Of a stretch of DNA of 64,000 nucleotides, positions 1-11,300 are shown in pieces (the first letter of the stretch is position 1; each line of letters opens with the position of its first letter). The DNA is taken from positions 118,606,001-118,670,000 of the forward strand of contig NC_042998.1 in assembly GCF_006345805.1 (NCBI RefSeq). Direction: 5' to 3'. Under the pieces are notes generated by a model. That model searched no databases. It saw only the letters and a program-made list of their open reading frames with translations, and had not been told where the DNA came from. The position numbers and the translations under genes were made by a program. This DNA is from Octopus sinensis (lineage: Eukaryota).

Positions 1-50
<50 letters not shown>

Positions 51-63
51 TACATATATATAT
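1..63. repeat. (TA)n microsatellite
   Basis: Direct dinucleotide run; one of dozens of TA/CA tracts in the window. Confidence 0.95.
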
Positions 64-222
64 ATGATGCGCTTCTTTCAGTTTCTGTTTGCCAAATCCA
101 TTCACAAGTCTTTGGTCAGACCGAGGCTTTAGTAGGAGATACTTGCTCGAGGTGACACGCAAGAGGATTGAACATAAAACCATCTGGTTAAGGAGTGAGC
201 CTCTTACCACACAGCCACGGCT
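64..222 (-). mobile_element. tRNA-derived SINE family A, head half
   Basis: Matches the head of the full-length copies at 27747-28161 and 39243-39718; reverse strand has A-box-like tggctgtgtggtaag and a degenerate B box. Confidence 0.8.
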
Positions 223-1049
223 GTGAATATATGTGAATGCATACATCAATATATGTGTATATGTATGCATATATATTATACATGTATCTATCTATCTATC
301 TGCCTATCTACCTATTTCTCCTTTTCCTTCCCTCTCCTTCTATCTCTCCCTTTATATATATATATATATATATATATTCATACATACAGACGCATGCGTT
401 TGTGTACATTCGCGTGCTTGTTTGCGCGCGTACGATTGAGTATGCACGTATGTTTGAGTGCGCGCGTGTGAACTTAGCGTGCTTGCGTCTGTTTATGTGT
501 AAAAACTCATCAATTTTTTTTTTTTGTAACCTTATTGAATATTTATACTTAACCGTTGTATTCTTTTTATCCTATTTACACTTGCATAAATAAATCAAAA
601 AGACTTCTCTTTTATCTCTCTTTTCATCGTTGTCTTCATTAACTATCATCTTGACTCATTTCTCCTCAATTTTGTTTGCCATTAAACCCCTCCATTCATT
701 CGTTTGAATTTTTAATGCCTCGCTACCCTCCACCGCTGTATGTTTAGTTGTTTTCTTTTTCCTTCGTATTAAGCGTATATATCAATGTCACTTGTTTCCT
801 AGCTACATGCCTTGAAGGTTTATGCTGGCATAGTAAACTTCTTTGTCAGAACGTTTTCATGTTTAATGAACGCACTCTGGAAAATTACACTTTACCGTTG
901 GTGATGCAGAAGCAAAAAGAGCAATGTATGTGTATTTATAAGCACCTAACTAATACGAAATAATACGTTCCTCTTTAATTATTTTCCCAAAATGTCTCTT
1001 AAAATTACGAAACTATTATGGTAGTTTAATAATCATTTGTAATACACAC

Positions 1050-1213
1050 AGGCTTGACTGTTTAGGAACTTGCTTCTCAACAAAATGATTCCGGATCTAG
1101 TCACAGTAAGTAGTACGCTAAACAAGTGCCTTCTATTGTAGAACCTTCCACGCGTGCCGACCAAAGCCTGAAGTGTGAATTTGGTAAGCGGCGACTGAAA
1201 GACGCTCGTCGTA
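1050..1213 (+). mobile_element. SINE family A, diverged head half
   Basis: ccgaccaaagcctg...tttggtaagcggcgactgaaagacgctcgtcgt aligns to the family A head. Confidence 0.7.
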
Positions 1214-1377
1214 TGTATGTATCTCTCTCTCCCTGTTCTATTTCTCTCTGTGTCTCTTTGCTCTCTCTCTCTCTCTCTCTTTCTCTAGATATACATACAT
1301 ACACATATACATATGAATATACGTATATATATGTGGGTGTATATAGATGTACATATATATATATATGTGTGTATGTA

Positions 1378-1420
<43 letters not shown>

Positions 1421-1554
1421 GTATGTATGTATATATCTATATCTATATATAAATATATATGTATATTTATATTTATATATACACATATATATGTATATAT
1501 ATATATATGTATGTATGCATGTATGTATGTGTATGTGTGTGTATATCTTTTATC

Positions 1555-1725
1555 TGTTAATTGTTACTCGAATGAATCGACCACAGTACTTATTATTAGA
1601 AGCCTAGTACTTATCCTATCACCGTCTTTTGCCGAACCACTAACAAGCGGGTATGTAAACACACCAACACCGGTTGTCAAGCGGCGGTGGGGGTCAAACA
1701 CCGACACAAAATAACACACACATAT
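1555..1725 (-). mobile_element. SINE family A, tail half
   Basis: gccgaaccact...acaccggttgtcaagcggcggtgggggtcaaacac matches 27850-27960. Confidence 0.7.
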
Positions 1726-1740
1726 ATAAACATGTAATTA

Positions 1741-1850
1741 TTCGTGGTAAGAAGCTTGCTTCCCAACGATATGATTCCGGGTTCATTTCCACTGCGTGGC
1801 ACACTCGGGCCGTATAAAGCCTTGTGAGTGAATTTGCTAGACATAAACGT
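1741..1850 (+). mobile_element. SINE family A, head with internal deletion
   Basis: gtggtaagaagcttgcttcccaac...ccgggttcatttccactgcgtggcac. Confidence 0.75.
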
Positions 1851-1867
1851 CCTTATTTGGGTGGCAT

Positions 1868-2800
1868 TTTTATCTTCGGGAAGAGATGGAAGTCCACAGG
1901 TGCTCAATCTGGCGAATAATGCGTGTGCGGTATCGACATCATGTTGTTTTTGGCGAGAAACTCACGAATGAGAAGGGTTCAGTGACAGGGTGCATTGTCG
2001 TCGTGAAGAATCTAATTCTTCGCGTTCTAAAGATCCAGTAGCATTCGCGAAATGTTCTCCCTGAAAAGCTTCAAAACGTCGCTGTAGAATTCTCGATTGT
2101 CGGAGTAGCCTTGGGGGATATATTCTCGATGCACAATACCATAGAGGTCGTGGAGATGAATGCCTCTGCTTCGGGCGTGGAGATGAATGCCTCTTCTGTT
2201 GTGACGACTATTACTTCGTTTAAGGGTCGTGCTTGTTGACCCAAATTTCGTTAGCGGTGATGAAATGAAGGACGGGTCATTAGCGGCACGCTTTCGGAGA
2301 TTTTGAAAGAAATCGACGTAAGTGGAGTACAAACTTGGCAGAGATACGCATGTTCAATTTGGACCCATAATACAGATTACCAACAGCAGCAATGTCGTTG
2401 ATTATCCTCCAAATTTTTTTCCACCTTTCCATTGGTGACGCTTGTGTCAAGTCTTTCACATTGCTCATCGTCTTCCAGGGATGTTCTTGCGCTTTTGAAC
2501 CGATCGTGTCACTCGAAACATTGCGTGCGACCCATCGCCTCGTCCCATAAACTTGAGAAAGCATGCTGAATGTCTCTGAAGTAAACTTCCTAAGTTTATC
2601 GCAAAATTTCATGCTGGCTCTTTGTACCAACTTCCTGTCTATCACAAAGATCGCAGACTACTGCATTCACGTAATCACAAAAACGCAAATGTCACAACTT
2701 GCGAAGTAAGCACCACAAGAAGAGCCGCAAGAAGGTCGTGCGCTGCCATCTGTTGGTGGGCTACAGAACTAGTCCGGGAACTTTTTGATGCTACCTCGTA
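1868..2800 (-). mobile_element. mariner-family transposon, degenerate and 3'-truncated
   Basis: 5' TIR TA-CGAGGTAGCATCAAAAAGTTCCCGGACT (2771-2800). Minus-strand peptides: QRASMKFC (N-terminal HTH region), GIVHREYIPQG, LHDDNA, LIREFLAKNNM and YSPD*APVDFHLFPKIK, typical of mariner DDD transposases; frameshifts and stops. Confidence 0.85.
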
Positions 2801-2829
2801 TACACACACATGCGTGCGCACACACACAT

Positions 2830-3049
<220 letters not shown>

Positions 3050-3262
3050 CTCTGTGTCTAAGTGTTTCTCCGGTGTTGGTTTGTTTTCCTCCCTTTAACA
3101 TTGCGGTTCATCAGTAGAAGATATAATTGTGAGTGGTTCAATGATAAACATTCAATGCCGTTCAGTCCAATGACGGAAAGAAGTAAAAGCTTAAAGGTAA
3201 ATTTAAACAGATGATTCAAACGGCATTTGTGTTAGACGGAAAATTATTTATTCAACGTGACA

Positions 3263-3395
<133 letters not shown>

Positions 3396-3453
3396 ATATT
3401 AAGTATAGGAAAGAATGGAACTGAACGAAGATTTAATAAAATTCCTTTATTTT

Positions 3454-3539
3454 ATTTTCGACATATGTTTCGAAGTCTGCAAAGTCCCTAATTCCGAGTG
3501 ACTAAGGAGTCCATTATGCAGCTTTCTCTTCAGGAAAAT
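3454..3539 (-). ncRNA. Minimal type I hammerhead ribozyme (mirror copy)
   Basis: Exact reverse complement of 3690-3775. Confidence 0.8.
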
Positions 3540-3689
3540 CCACGAACTTAATTCTCCAACAAAATGCACAACAAGCTTTTCGATGACTGCTCACGAGGAG
3601 CCCATAAAAGTAAGGTTACTTTTATGGGCTCCTCGTGAGCTGTCATCGAAAAGCTTGCTGTGCATTTTGTTGGAGAATTAAGTTCGTGG

Positions 3690-3775
3690 ATTTTCCTGAA
3701 GAGAAAGCTGCATAATGGACTCCTTAGTCACTCGGAATTAGGGACTTTGCAGACTTCGAAACATATGTCGAAAAT
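3690..3775 (+). ncRNA. Minimal type I hammerhead ribozyme
   Basis: Stem I ATTTTC/GAAAAT; core CTGAAGA 3696-3702; stem II gaa..ctgca/tgcag..ttc; GAAA 3758-3761; stem III AC-ATAT-GT; predicted GUC cleavage after 3769. Confidence 0.8.
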
Positions 3776-3981
3776 AAAATAAAGGAATATTGTTAAATCT
3801 TCGTTCAGCTCCATTCTTTCCTGTACTTAATATATAAAACTTCAAATTTCCGCACTAAGGCACGGATTTTATGCCGTATGGTCGTAACTTCAATCGTGCC
3901 CTTTCTGTTGTGAGTTTGCTACCCAGGTATCGGTTATCTTTCGAATTATCCGTAATAAGATAATTCATTTGTCTACTTAAA

Positions 3982-4046
<65 letters not shown>

Positions 4047-4209
4047 TGAAGCATTGTGTAGTATAACTTAATGAAATTTGTTGTGTAAGGCCGGAACAAC
4101 GCGAGAAAGTACAAAGTAAATTACAAAAGGAAACGAAAACAACTAAGTTGCAATTTTATCATATATTTCTATATTTCTTGATCATGACCCCTTATTCAGG
4201 ACATTTGGA

Positions 4210-4570
4210 AAAAGCGGTGGTAAGAAAAAGCCGTTACTCAGATATGTGGAGGAGGAAGGTGACATGCGTAGACTGGTGTTGCTATAGCAACCAGTCTGCT
4301 TCGTGTAGTTCCTTGCTGTTGCTAATGGCTGGTCTCAGTTCGTTTATAAGGAAGGCTTCCATGAGACTGTTCCTAATGCTCTCGGCTTCCCTGATGGAAA
4401 CATGCAAAACGCAACATGGAAGTTCTCCTTATAAACAAATTGAGACCAGCACTAACAATAGAAAGGAACTAGAAGAAACAGACTGGTTTCTGCAGCAACA
4501 CCAGTTTGCTCATGTCACCAACCTCCTTCCCCCTACACATCTGAGCAACGACTTTTCCCACGACTTTTTC
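4210..4570. mobile_element. Diverged fold-back of a Penelope-like GIY-YIG C-terminal end
   Basis: Arms about 4210-4365 and 4417-4570 are imperfect inverted copies; they encode LMEAFLINELRPAISNSKEL (minus) and MEVLLINKLRPAL (plus), resembling the PLE endonuclease C-terminal E-x-L-I-x-x-L-x-P-x-L-N motif. Confidence 0.6.
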
Positions 4571-4691
4571 TAAATATGCTGAAGAAGGGGGTCATAGCTC
4601 CAAAATATAGAAATACGAGGTAAAACTGTAACTTTGTTTTGTGTACTACCTCGCATTGTTCTAGGCTTACACAACAAATATCTTATATATA

Positions 4692-5757
4692 CAATGGCGG
4701 CCAAAATGTTCAGAACGGCATTGTTTTCGTCAGAAAAGTAGATATAATTTTTTATCAAAGTTGTTTTATATTCTATAATTTTCACAAACAATAAATACGA
4801 TAGTATTTGTTATTGCCTGAGATTTGAGAGGATAATACAAAAGTTATAGATGATTTAGTGATTTACTGCAAAATCCATGGCGGCCAAAATGATCAGAACG
4901 GTTGCTTTTACTCCGTGTTTTAGTATATTTAAGTTTATGTTATTTGGCTCAGATAGGAAGATGTACGTTCGTAGAAAAGTAGGTGAAAAATGGTCGCCTA
5001 AATGCCTTAAGACTAGTGTTAAATTCGGTGGAGGAAGTGTCATGGTTTGGGGGATGATATCTGGAGATGGTGTGGGCCCTTTGGTGCGATTACATGGAAA
5101 GGTAAATGCAGGAGTTTATAAACAACTTGTAAAAGATTATATCTTGCCTGTGCTGAGAAATTCAACTAAGCGACCACCCATATTCATGCAGGACAATCCC
5201 CCATGTCACAAGGCTAAGGTGGTCATGAACTTCCTCAAGGCTGAAAAGGTTATTGTTATGGATTGGCTTGCTCAAAGCCCAGATCTCAATCCTATTGAAA
5301 ATGTATGGAATATTCTAGGAGAACGTTCAAAAGCCAGAAATCCTAAAACAAGTGAGCAATTATGGAATGCCCTTCAGGAAGAATGGAATAAGATCACCCA
5401 GCAAGAAATTGAAAATTTAATTTCCTCATGCAGTCGAATATGCCAGAGTGTGATTGAAGCTAAAGGGCTTCACACTAAATATTAAATAATTCCAGTATTC
5501 TCTGTCATTTTTTTTATTATTTTGCTATTTTTTCAACCGTTCTGATAATTTTGGCCGCCATGGGTTTTGCAGTAAATCACTAAATCATCTATAACTTTTG
5601 TATTATCCTCTCAAATTACACCAAAATCTACGACAATAACAATTCATATTGTATTTATTGTTTGTGAAAATTATAGAATATAAAACTACTTTGGTAAAAA
5701 CTTATACTTACTTTTCTGATGAAAAAAATGCCGTTCTGAACATTTTGGCCGCAACTA
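4692..5757 (+). mobile_element. Tc1-family IR/DR transposon with internal deletion
   Basis: About 215-bp TIRs (4692-4905, 5535-5757), each with outer and inner direct repeats ggcggccaaaatg(t/a)tcagaacgg; TA dinucleotides at 4690-4691 and 5758-5759. Confidence 0.92.
4877..5485 (+). pseudogene. Truncated Tc1 DDE transposase ORF (catalytic C-terminal part only)
   Basis: Motifs GGGSVMVWG, FMQDNPPCH, W(L)AQSPDLNPIENVW and terminal KGLHTKY; paired-like DNA-binding domain and first catalytic Asp are missing. Confidence 0.9.
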
Positions 5758-6802
5758 TACATATATATATATATATATATATAAGCCATATCATTCGGTC
5801 TGCTATAATGAATACGTAAATACATACAAAACATCCAAGGGTATATTTTCCCCTCTGATGATATTATGCTCAGCTCATATATATTTAATATTTACTGAGT
5901 ATTGACGCAGGTTTAAGTGAAGATGATTAATTTGCTGTTAATAATAAACAATTATTAACTTCCCAATCTACATTTACTTTTTCTTCTTTTATATGAATGT
6001 AATTTGTTTATATATATATATATATATATACCTATTATTTTAACGAAATTAATTCCCCTTAAATACTAGGTAATAAACCAGTATTTCCTTGGATGAAACC
6101 ATCCTTCCATGAGGTTAACATAACCTCTAATCGAATATATATATATACATACATGTATGGGTACATGACATCACCAACTGTTTAAACGTTTTTTTTTTTT
6201 CCTCTCCTATCATTTCTCTCTTCAAAGAAAATATTTCTCCCACAGTTCACTATTATCCTCTCGTTCTGGTCTCACTACCCTCCGTATCTATTTTCGTTCA
6301 GTTTCCTTGTATGTCTCCACTGGCCTGTTTTTGTCCCCAACTTTCACACTCCAAAATACCTAAAATTTAATTTAGAATTTATGAAGACTCATATTGTCGT
6401 TGAATGCTCGAAATGAGGAGTAGATAGACAGCCGACAGCCTCTGTTCCGTTTTTTGGGTCGTTGTTTACGTATTTAGCTCGTTTGTCCAAGTATTCGTGT
6501 TGTCTACGCAGTTGGTGACGTTCTGCACCCATATATGCATATATATATATATACATACATTCATACATATATGCTGTGATACTAACTTGGGTAGGGGACG
6601 TATGGCCCGTGGTCCCAGTCTTGGATGAACCTTGAAGCTAATGTTCAGGTCATTTGGGCAAAGTTGGCGGTATATTCTCCACATCGTACAAATGATGTAC
6701 CGCTCACGGCGGCGCTGGAGAGAGTAGAGTTTCGAGGATTTAAGGCGGCCTCAATAATCGAGAGCAGCCTGCATATATACATACATATATATATATATAT
6801 AC

Positions 6803-6844
<42 letters not shown>

Positions 6845-6851
<7 letters not shown>

Positions 6852-7102
6852 TAAAAACGGTAAGATTACAAAAGAAAGAAAGAGACCTTTGTGGAAATCC
6901 ACTTCGGCATCTGGTGACCTCGTGTGTACCGTTGGCGATTTTTTTCCTCTGTCTTCCCTTCTCCTATGTTTCCGACGAAGAGCTCCGCTCGAAACGTTAA
7001 ACCCTTCTTCTTTCCTTCTTTCCTGAGCGTCCAATAATACTATATTTGTTCCACGTCCTCGCGTCGTTGTGTTTTTCTGCGTTTTCTTGTTTGGATTAAC
7101 TA
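6845..7102 (+). mobile_element. Penelope-like pseudo-LTR fragment between (TA)n tracts
   Basis: Contains a hammerhead-like motif and pyrimidine-rich 3' part; related deleted copy at 35365-35500. Confidence 0.6.
6968..7002 (+). ncRNA. Variant minimal hammerhead (U4 replaced by C)
   Basis: CCGACGA-A-GAGC tcc GCTC-GAAA-CGT-TA; palindromic AACGTT stem III; weak stem I. Confidence 0.5.
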
Positions 7103-7110
7103 TATATATA

Positions 7111-7224
<114 letters not shown>

Positions 7225-7255
7225 TATTTATATATATATATAATATATATATACA

Positions 7256-7290
<35 letters not shown>

Positions 7291-7393
7291 CATATATATA
7301 CATATACATATATATATACATATATTATATATACATGTATATGTATATATACACACACACACATATATATATATATAGACATCTTTACATATG

Positions 7394-7427
<34 letters not shown>

Positions 7428-7441
7428 CATATATACATATA

Positions 7442-7821
7442 TCTCTCTCTATATAAACGGCAGTTTGTCTGTGCGTGTTTCTGTGTGTCTGTTTGCTTGT
7501 ACCCTCACCCTGACCACGGCTTTCAACCGATTCTGATGAAACTTGACACACACATAGCCCAATGTCATAAATCAAAACTAACGCAGCGAAAGTTTTGAAA
7601 AGTTCCCCCAGTTCTGAAAAAAATCGATAAATTCGACATGGGGTCGAGAATCAGAAACACAAACCGCAAACTGTCTAGGGGACGCAACTCCACCTTTTTT
7701 AACTAAAAAAAATTTAGCATCATTTTTTTCCATTTTTTTGCTATTTTTGGCTATAACTCTCTAAAAATGCTTTATAGTTATTTCCCTTACAAACCTGAGC
7801 AACGCCGGGCGATACTGCTAG
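7442..7821 (+). mobile_element. Non-autonomous Helitron
   Basis: 5' TC start, 3' hairpin cctgagcaacgccggg followed by cgatactg-CTAG, inserted at A|T, internal (TGTC/TG) microsatellite-like tract. Confidence 0.75.
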
Positions 7822-7862
7822 TATATATATATATATATATATACATGTATATGTATATACAT

Positions 7863-7915
<53 letters not shown>

Positions 7916-7959
7916 GACATCTTTACATATGTATATATATATATACATATATACATATA

Positions 7960-8215
7960 TTCTATTGTGTCTGGGAAAGTCATTTTCTTTTTGTGTCTTA
8001 TAATTTAACACACTCACCGGTAAAATTTCCACTTATTTTTATTTTCCTAAAATTTTCGTTGTGTCTTGCAAACTTTTCAATACTCTTGACTCTGTTATTG
8101 ACACTGCGTTCCTTTTATAGAATAAATATCTTAAGGATTAAGGAATTTGATTTTGTTCAATATATCCCTCAAAATCTTGTGCCGGTGATAAAATAAACAT
8201 TCATCTTTTAATTCA
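7960..8215. repeat. Unclassified interspersed repeat
   Basis: ttttcctaaaattttcgttg...aacttttcaat segment is homologous to 53710-53885. Confidence 0.55.
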
Positions 8216-8308
8216 ATGATTTTGATGTTACTAGAGTTGCTAGACAAGTAGGTATTTGATTGAAAGTCTCTATTTATTATCTACAATTGAGGAATATTGT
8301 TCACGTGT

Positions 8309-8522
8309 AAGGCGGTTAGCTGGCAGAAAGGTTAGCACCCCGGGCGAAATGCTTAGCCGGTATTTCGTCAGTCTTTACCTTCTGCGCTCAAGTTCCGCCG
8401 AGGTTTACTTTGCCTTTCATCCTTTCCAGGTCGATAAGTTAAATACCAGTTGCGTGCAGGGGTCGATCTAATTAACTGGCCCCCTCCCAAAAAGATTCGG
8501 GCCTCGTGCCTAGAGTAGAAAA
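8309..8522 (+). mobile_element. tRNA-derived SINE family B, full length
   Basis: A-box-like tagctggcagaaagg and B-box-like ctcaagttccgcc; flanked by a 17-bp target-site duplication gaatattgttca(c/t)gtgt at 8292-8308 and 8523-8539. Confidence 0.85.
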
Positions 8523-10059
8523 GAATATTGTTCATGTGTGTATATCAAGCTTGAAAGTTTTCAAGTCTCAGTGATCTCAGCTTATGTATACTCTAGTATG
8601 TTTGCAGTTACAAAAATTTAAACGGAATGTATCTGGTCACATATGTTTTGCGAGATTTACTTCTCGAAACAGTAATACATAACCACAACACAGAAATGCG
8701 CAGACACAAACTTGCACCGGCACAAACACTAATACTGCACACATACATAATCATACACATACCGCTCCAAAACACGCACACAGATACATGCATTCATATA
8801 TGTAGGCGTGTGTGTGTGAGTGTGAGTGTGTGTGTGTGTGTGTGAATATGTGTGTGTGTGTGTTCAACGTGGATTTTACCGCAAGGCAGAAATTATCCCT
8901 TCATTTCGATAAACGAAGATGTATTTCTCGTAATTAAATATTAAAAGTACATAAACACGGCGTTTTTAGGCACTATCACCAAGAAAATGGAAGTGAGTAC
9001 TTATGTTAAGTAAAAACAAGTTTTCCTTATTTTTGTTAAGTGAAATACATTAATTACATTTTTGGAAAAAGCTTTTATTGAAGATAAATATCTTTCTTTA
9101 TCCATTTGTTATTAGCTATTGGAAAGCAGTGATTAATACTGTTTGGAAATATTTTTCTAATAAATATCGCATTCAGGACGATTCCGGAGCATACTCTGTT
9201 CCCCGTCAAACACTTATACTAAATCATGTGTATGAAAATAATTTTGTGCTTAGGTGTGTATGGCTGGGTGTCTCTGAGTGTCGTATACGTGTTTCTGTGT
9301 GTTGTCATTTTACTTTTCTACAATTTTGTGCTTGTAGCATTTTCTTGTCTTTTGAGATATACACCTGTACCTTTATATATAAATGTGAAGACGCCTACGA
9401 CTAAGAAATTCATCTCTCTGTACAAATGTGTGTCTCTCTCTTTCTTTCTCTCTCTCTCTCTATCTATCTCTCTCTATCTCCCTATCTCTGTGCACGCGCA
9501 CGCGTGTGCGCATAAAATATGGGAGAAGGAAAATTGAATTCTCGATAGTCTGCGATCGTTTCAACCCATTGTGCACCAGTGTTTTGTTGATAAAATTCTG
9601 TACAAACAGTTGTTGCGCATCGTAGGTGCATATGGATCTCATCAAGTAACTTTTCAAAAGGTACCTCGTTTGTTAGTCCCCGTTTTGCTTAGTTCTGTTA
9701 CAATACGTTTTGGTAGTAGTCGTGCGCTATACGTCTCCACAAGGAACTAGGTTATAATATAGAATTCTTCCCATATACATATATAGATGCTTTAGTGCAC
9801 GATTAACCGGTTCCAAATTTTATTTCGTGTTCAACCACCTGGCCAGAGAAAATTTGCTATACAAATATCCATGTAAGAGTTAAAAATAACAAAATTACCT
9901 CCGCCACCCGACTACGATTCTTACCAACACTACCTCTATGACCCCCAAACAATTTACGACCATGATCATATTATCACGTGAGTACCATCGCTGCAGCCCG
10001 CGAATACACTATGCCAACAAATCAACACGATTTGCATCATTGTTGTCGCTTCCATCCAT

Positions 10060-10144
10060 TTTCATCATCATCATCGCTTCCCTCGTCACTCTTATCATCA
10101 CCATAATCATAAGTATCATCATTAATTCCTTTCTCACTAACACA

Positions 10145-10179
<35 letters not shown>

Positions 10180-10262
10180 AATAATAATCATCATCATCAT
10201 GTTAATAATTACTATCGTCACTATCATTATATTATTATCACTAATATTATCCTTGGCAATAT
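10060..10262. repeat. (ATC)n/(ATT)n trinucleotide tract
   Basis: Direct run; source of the poly-Ile and poly-Met ORFs. Confidence 0.9.
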
Positions 10263-10979
10263 TACACTGATCAGCACCAGCCATTTCCGACATCCTCACA
10301 ACTCTACCACTCCCATAATCTCCACCCCATCTCACGGTATCCCTGGCACCACAACTATCTCTACCACAATGAGCACGTCTAACATTAACACAACATAACC
10401 ACTTCTATTACTGTCAACGAACCAACTCAATTGCTCCAAAATATTTGCACCTTCCGCCCCATCTGTCTGTCCTTCTTTACACATTGTTCACGATACAAAG
10501 GATTACCTTTGTTTCTTGTCGAAAATAATTATTTCGTCGAAAATAATTATTTAGTGCGTGCGTGTATGTGTGTGCGTGTGTGTGCGTGTATGTGTGTACG
10601 TGTGTGTGTACACACATACACACATACACACAAACACGTGAAAATGCTTAGAGAATTTTATCGTAATGGAAAGAAAATATGTAGCGGTTTTAGTCATTTA
10701 GGTTGTCTTTTTTAAAGAAAATTGAAATTAATTGAATTGAATTAAGTTTTCATAATATTTCTGAGAGTTCACACACTTCTCCTGCAAAAGATGTTTACTA
10801 ACTGGTAGTGATGACCGGTTAATAAGAGTGGTAGCAAACAGTTGGTAGTAGGAGGGAAGATAGTAGTAGCTATAGTATTGCCCATGGTGGTTGTTGTCTC
10901 CCTCGGTTGGTGGGAGTGGTAGCAGGTCTCTCGGCTGTTGGTGACTGAGGGATGAATTACAGTTGGCCAAATGTGTTCC

Positions 10980-11300
10980 AACAAAACTCAGCACTCATTC
11001 CCAAAGCCCGTGTAACCCAAGAATGGACGCCAGGCAATCTTTACCTTCATATAACATCCAGCTTGTGTCTTCTGACCATCATATTACGCCCAACTTAAGT
11101 CCTCCAAATTCGCCCTATTTATATCATGTGAACTACTGCCCTTTCAATATTGAGAGTCTAATCGACATCCCCACAATGCAATAGCTTCATAGAAGGTCAC
11201 CATTGTCCAGATGATACCCGAAATCAATAAGAAGCATTTAGTGCAGACATGTCGAAAATTACGTATCGAAGCAGTCAGCGAAGAGGAAGGCTGATAAATA
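10980..11300 (+). pseudogene. maT-like (Tc1/mariner superfamily) transposase C-terminal relic
   Basis: Degenerate SALIPKARVTQEW, PNLSPPNSPYL and a terminal helix matching the QDSAP...WPPNSPDLNPLDY pattern. Confidence 0.65.

Noticed and set aside
223-593. Many 60-155 aa ORFs rich in IY/YI/MYVC/THTH here and throughout the window
   Set aside because: Translations of (TA)n, (CA)n, (TATG)n and (GATA)n tracts, which lack stops in some frames; no coding evidence.
3050-3115. Minus-strand CTGATGA...GAAA spacing suggestive of a hammerhead
   Set aside because: Stem II closing pair mismatched, no stem III/NUH and no stem I pairing.
9938-10335. Poly-Ile / poly-Met ORFs on both strands
   Set aside because: Product of the (ATC)n tract.
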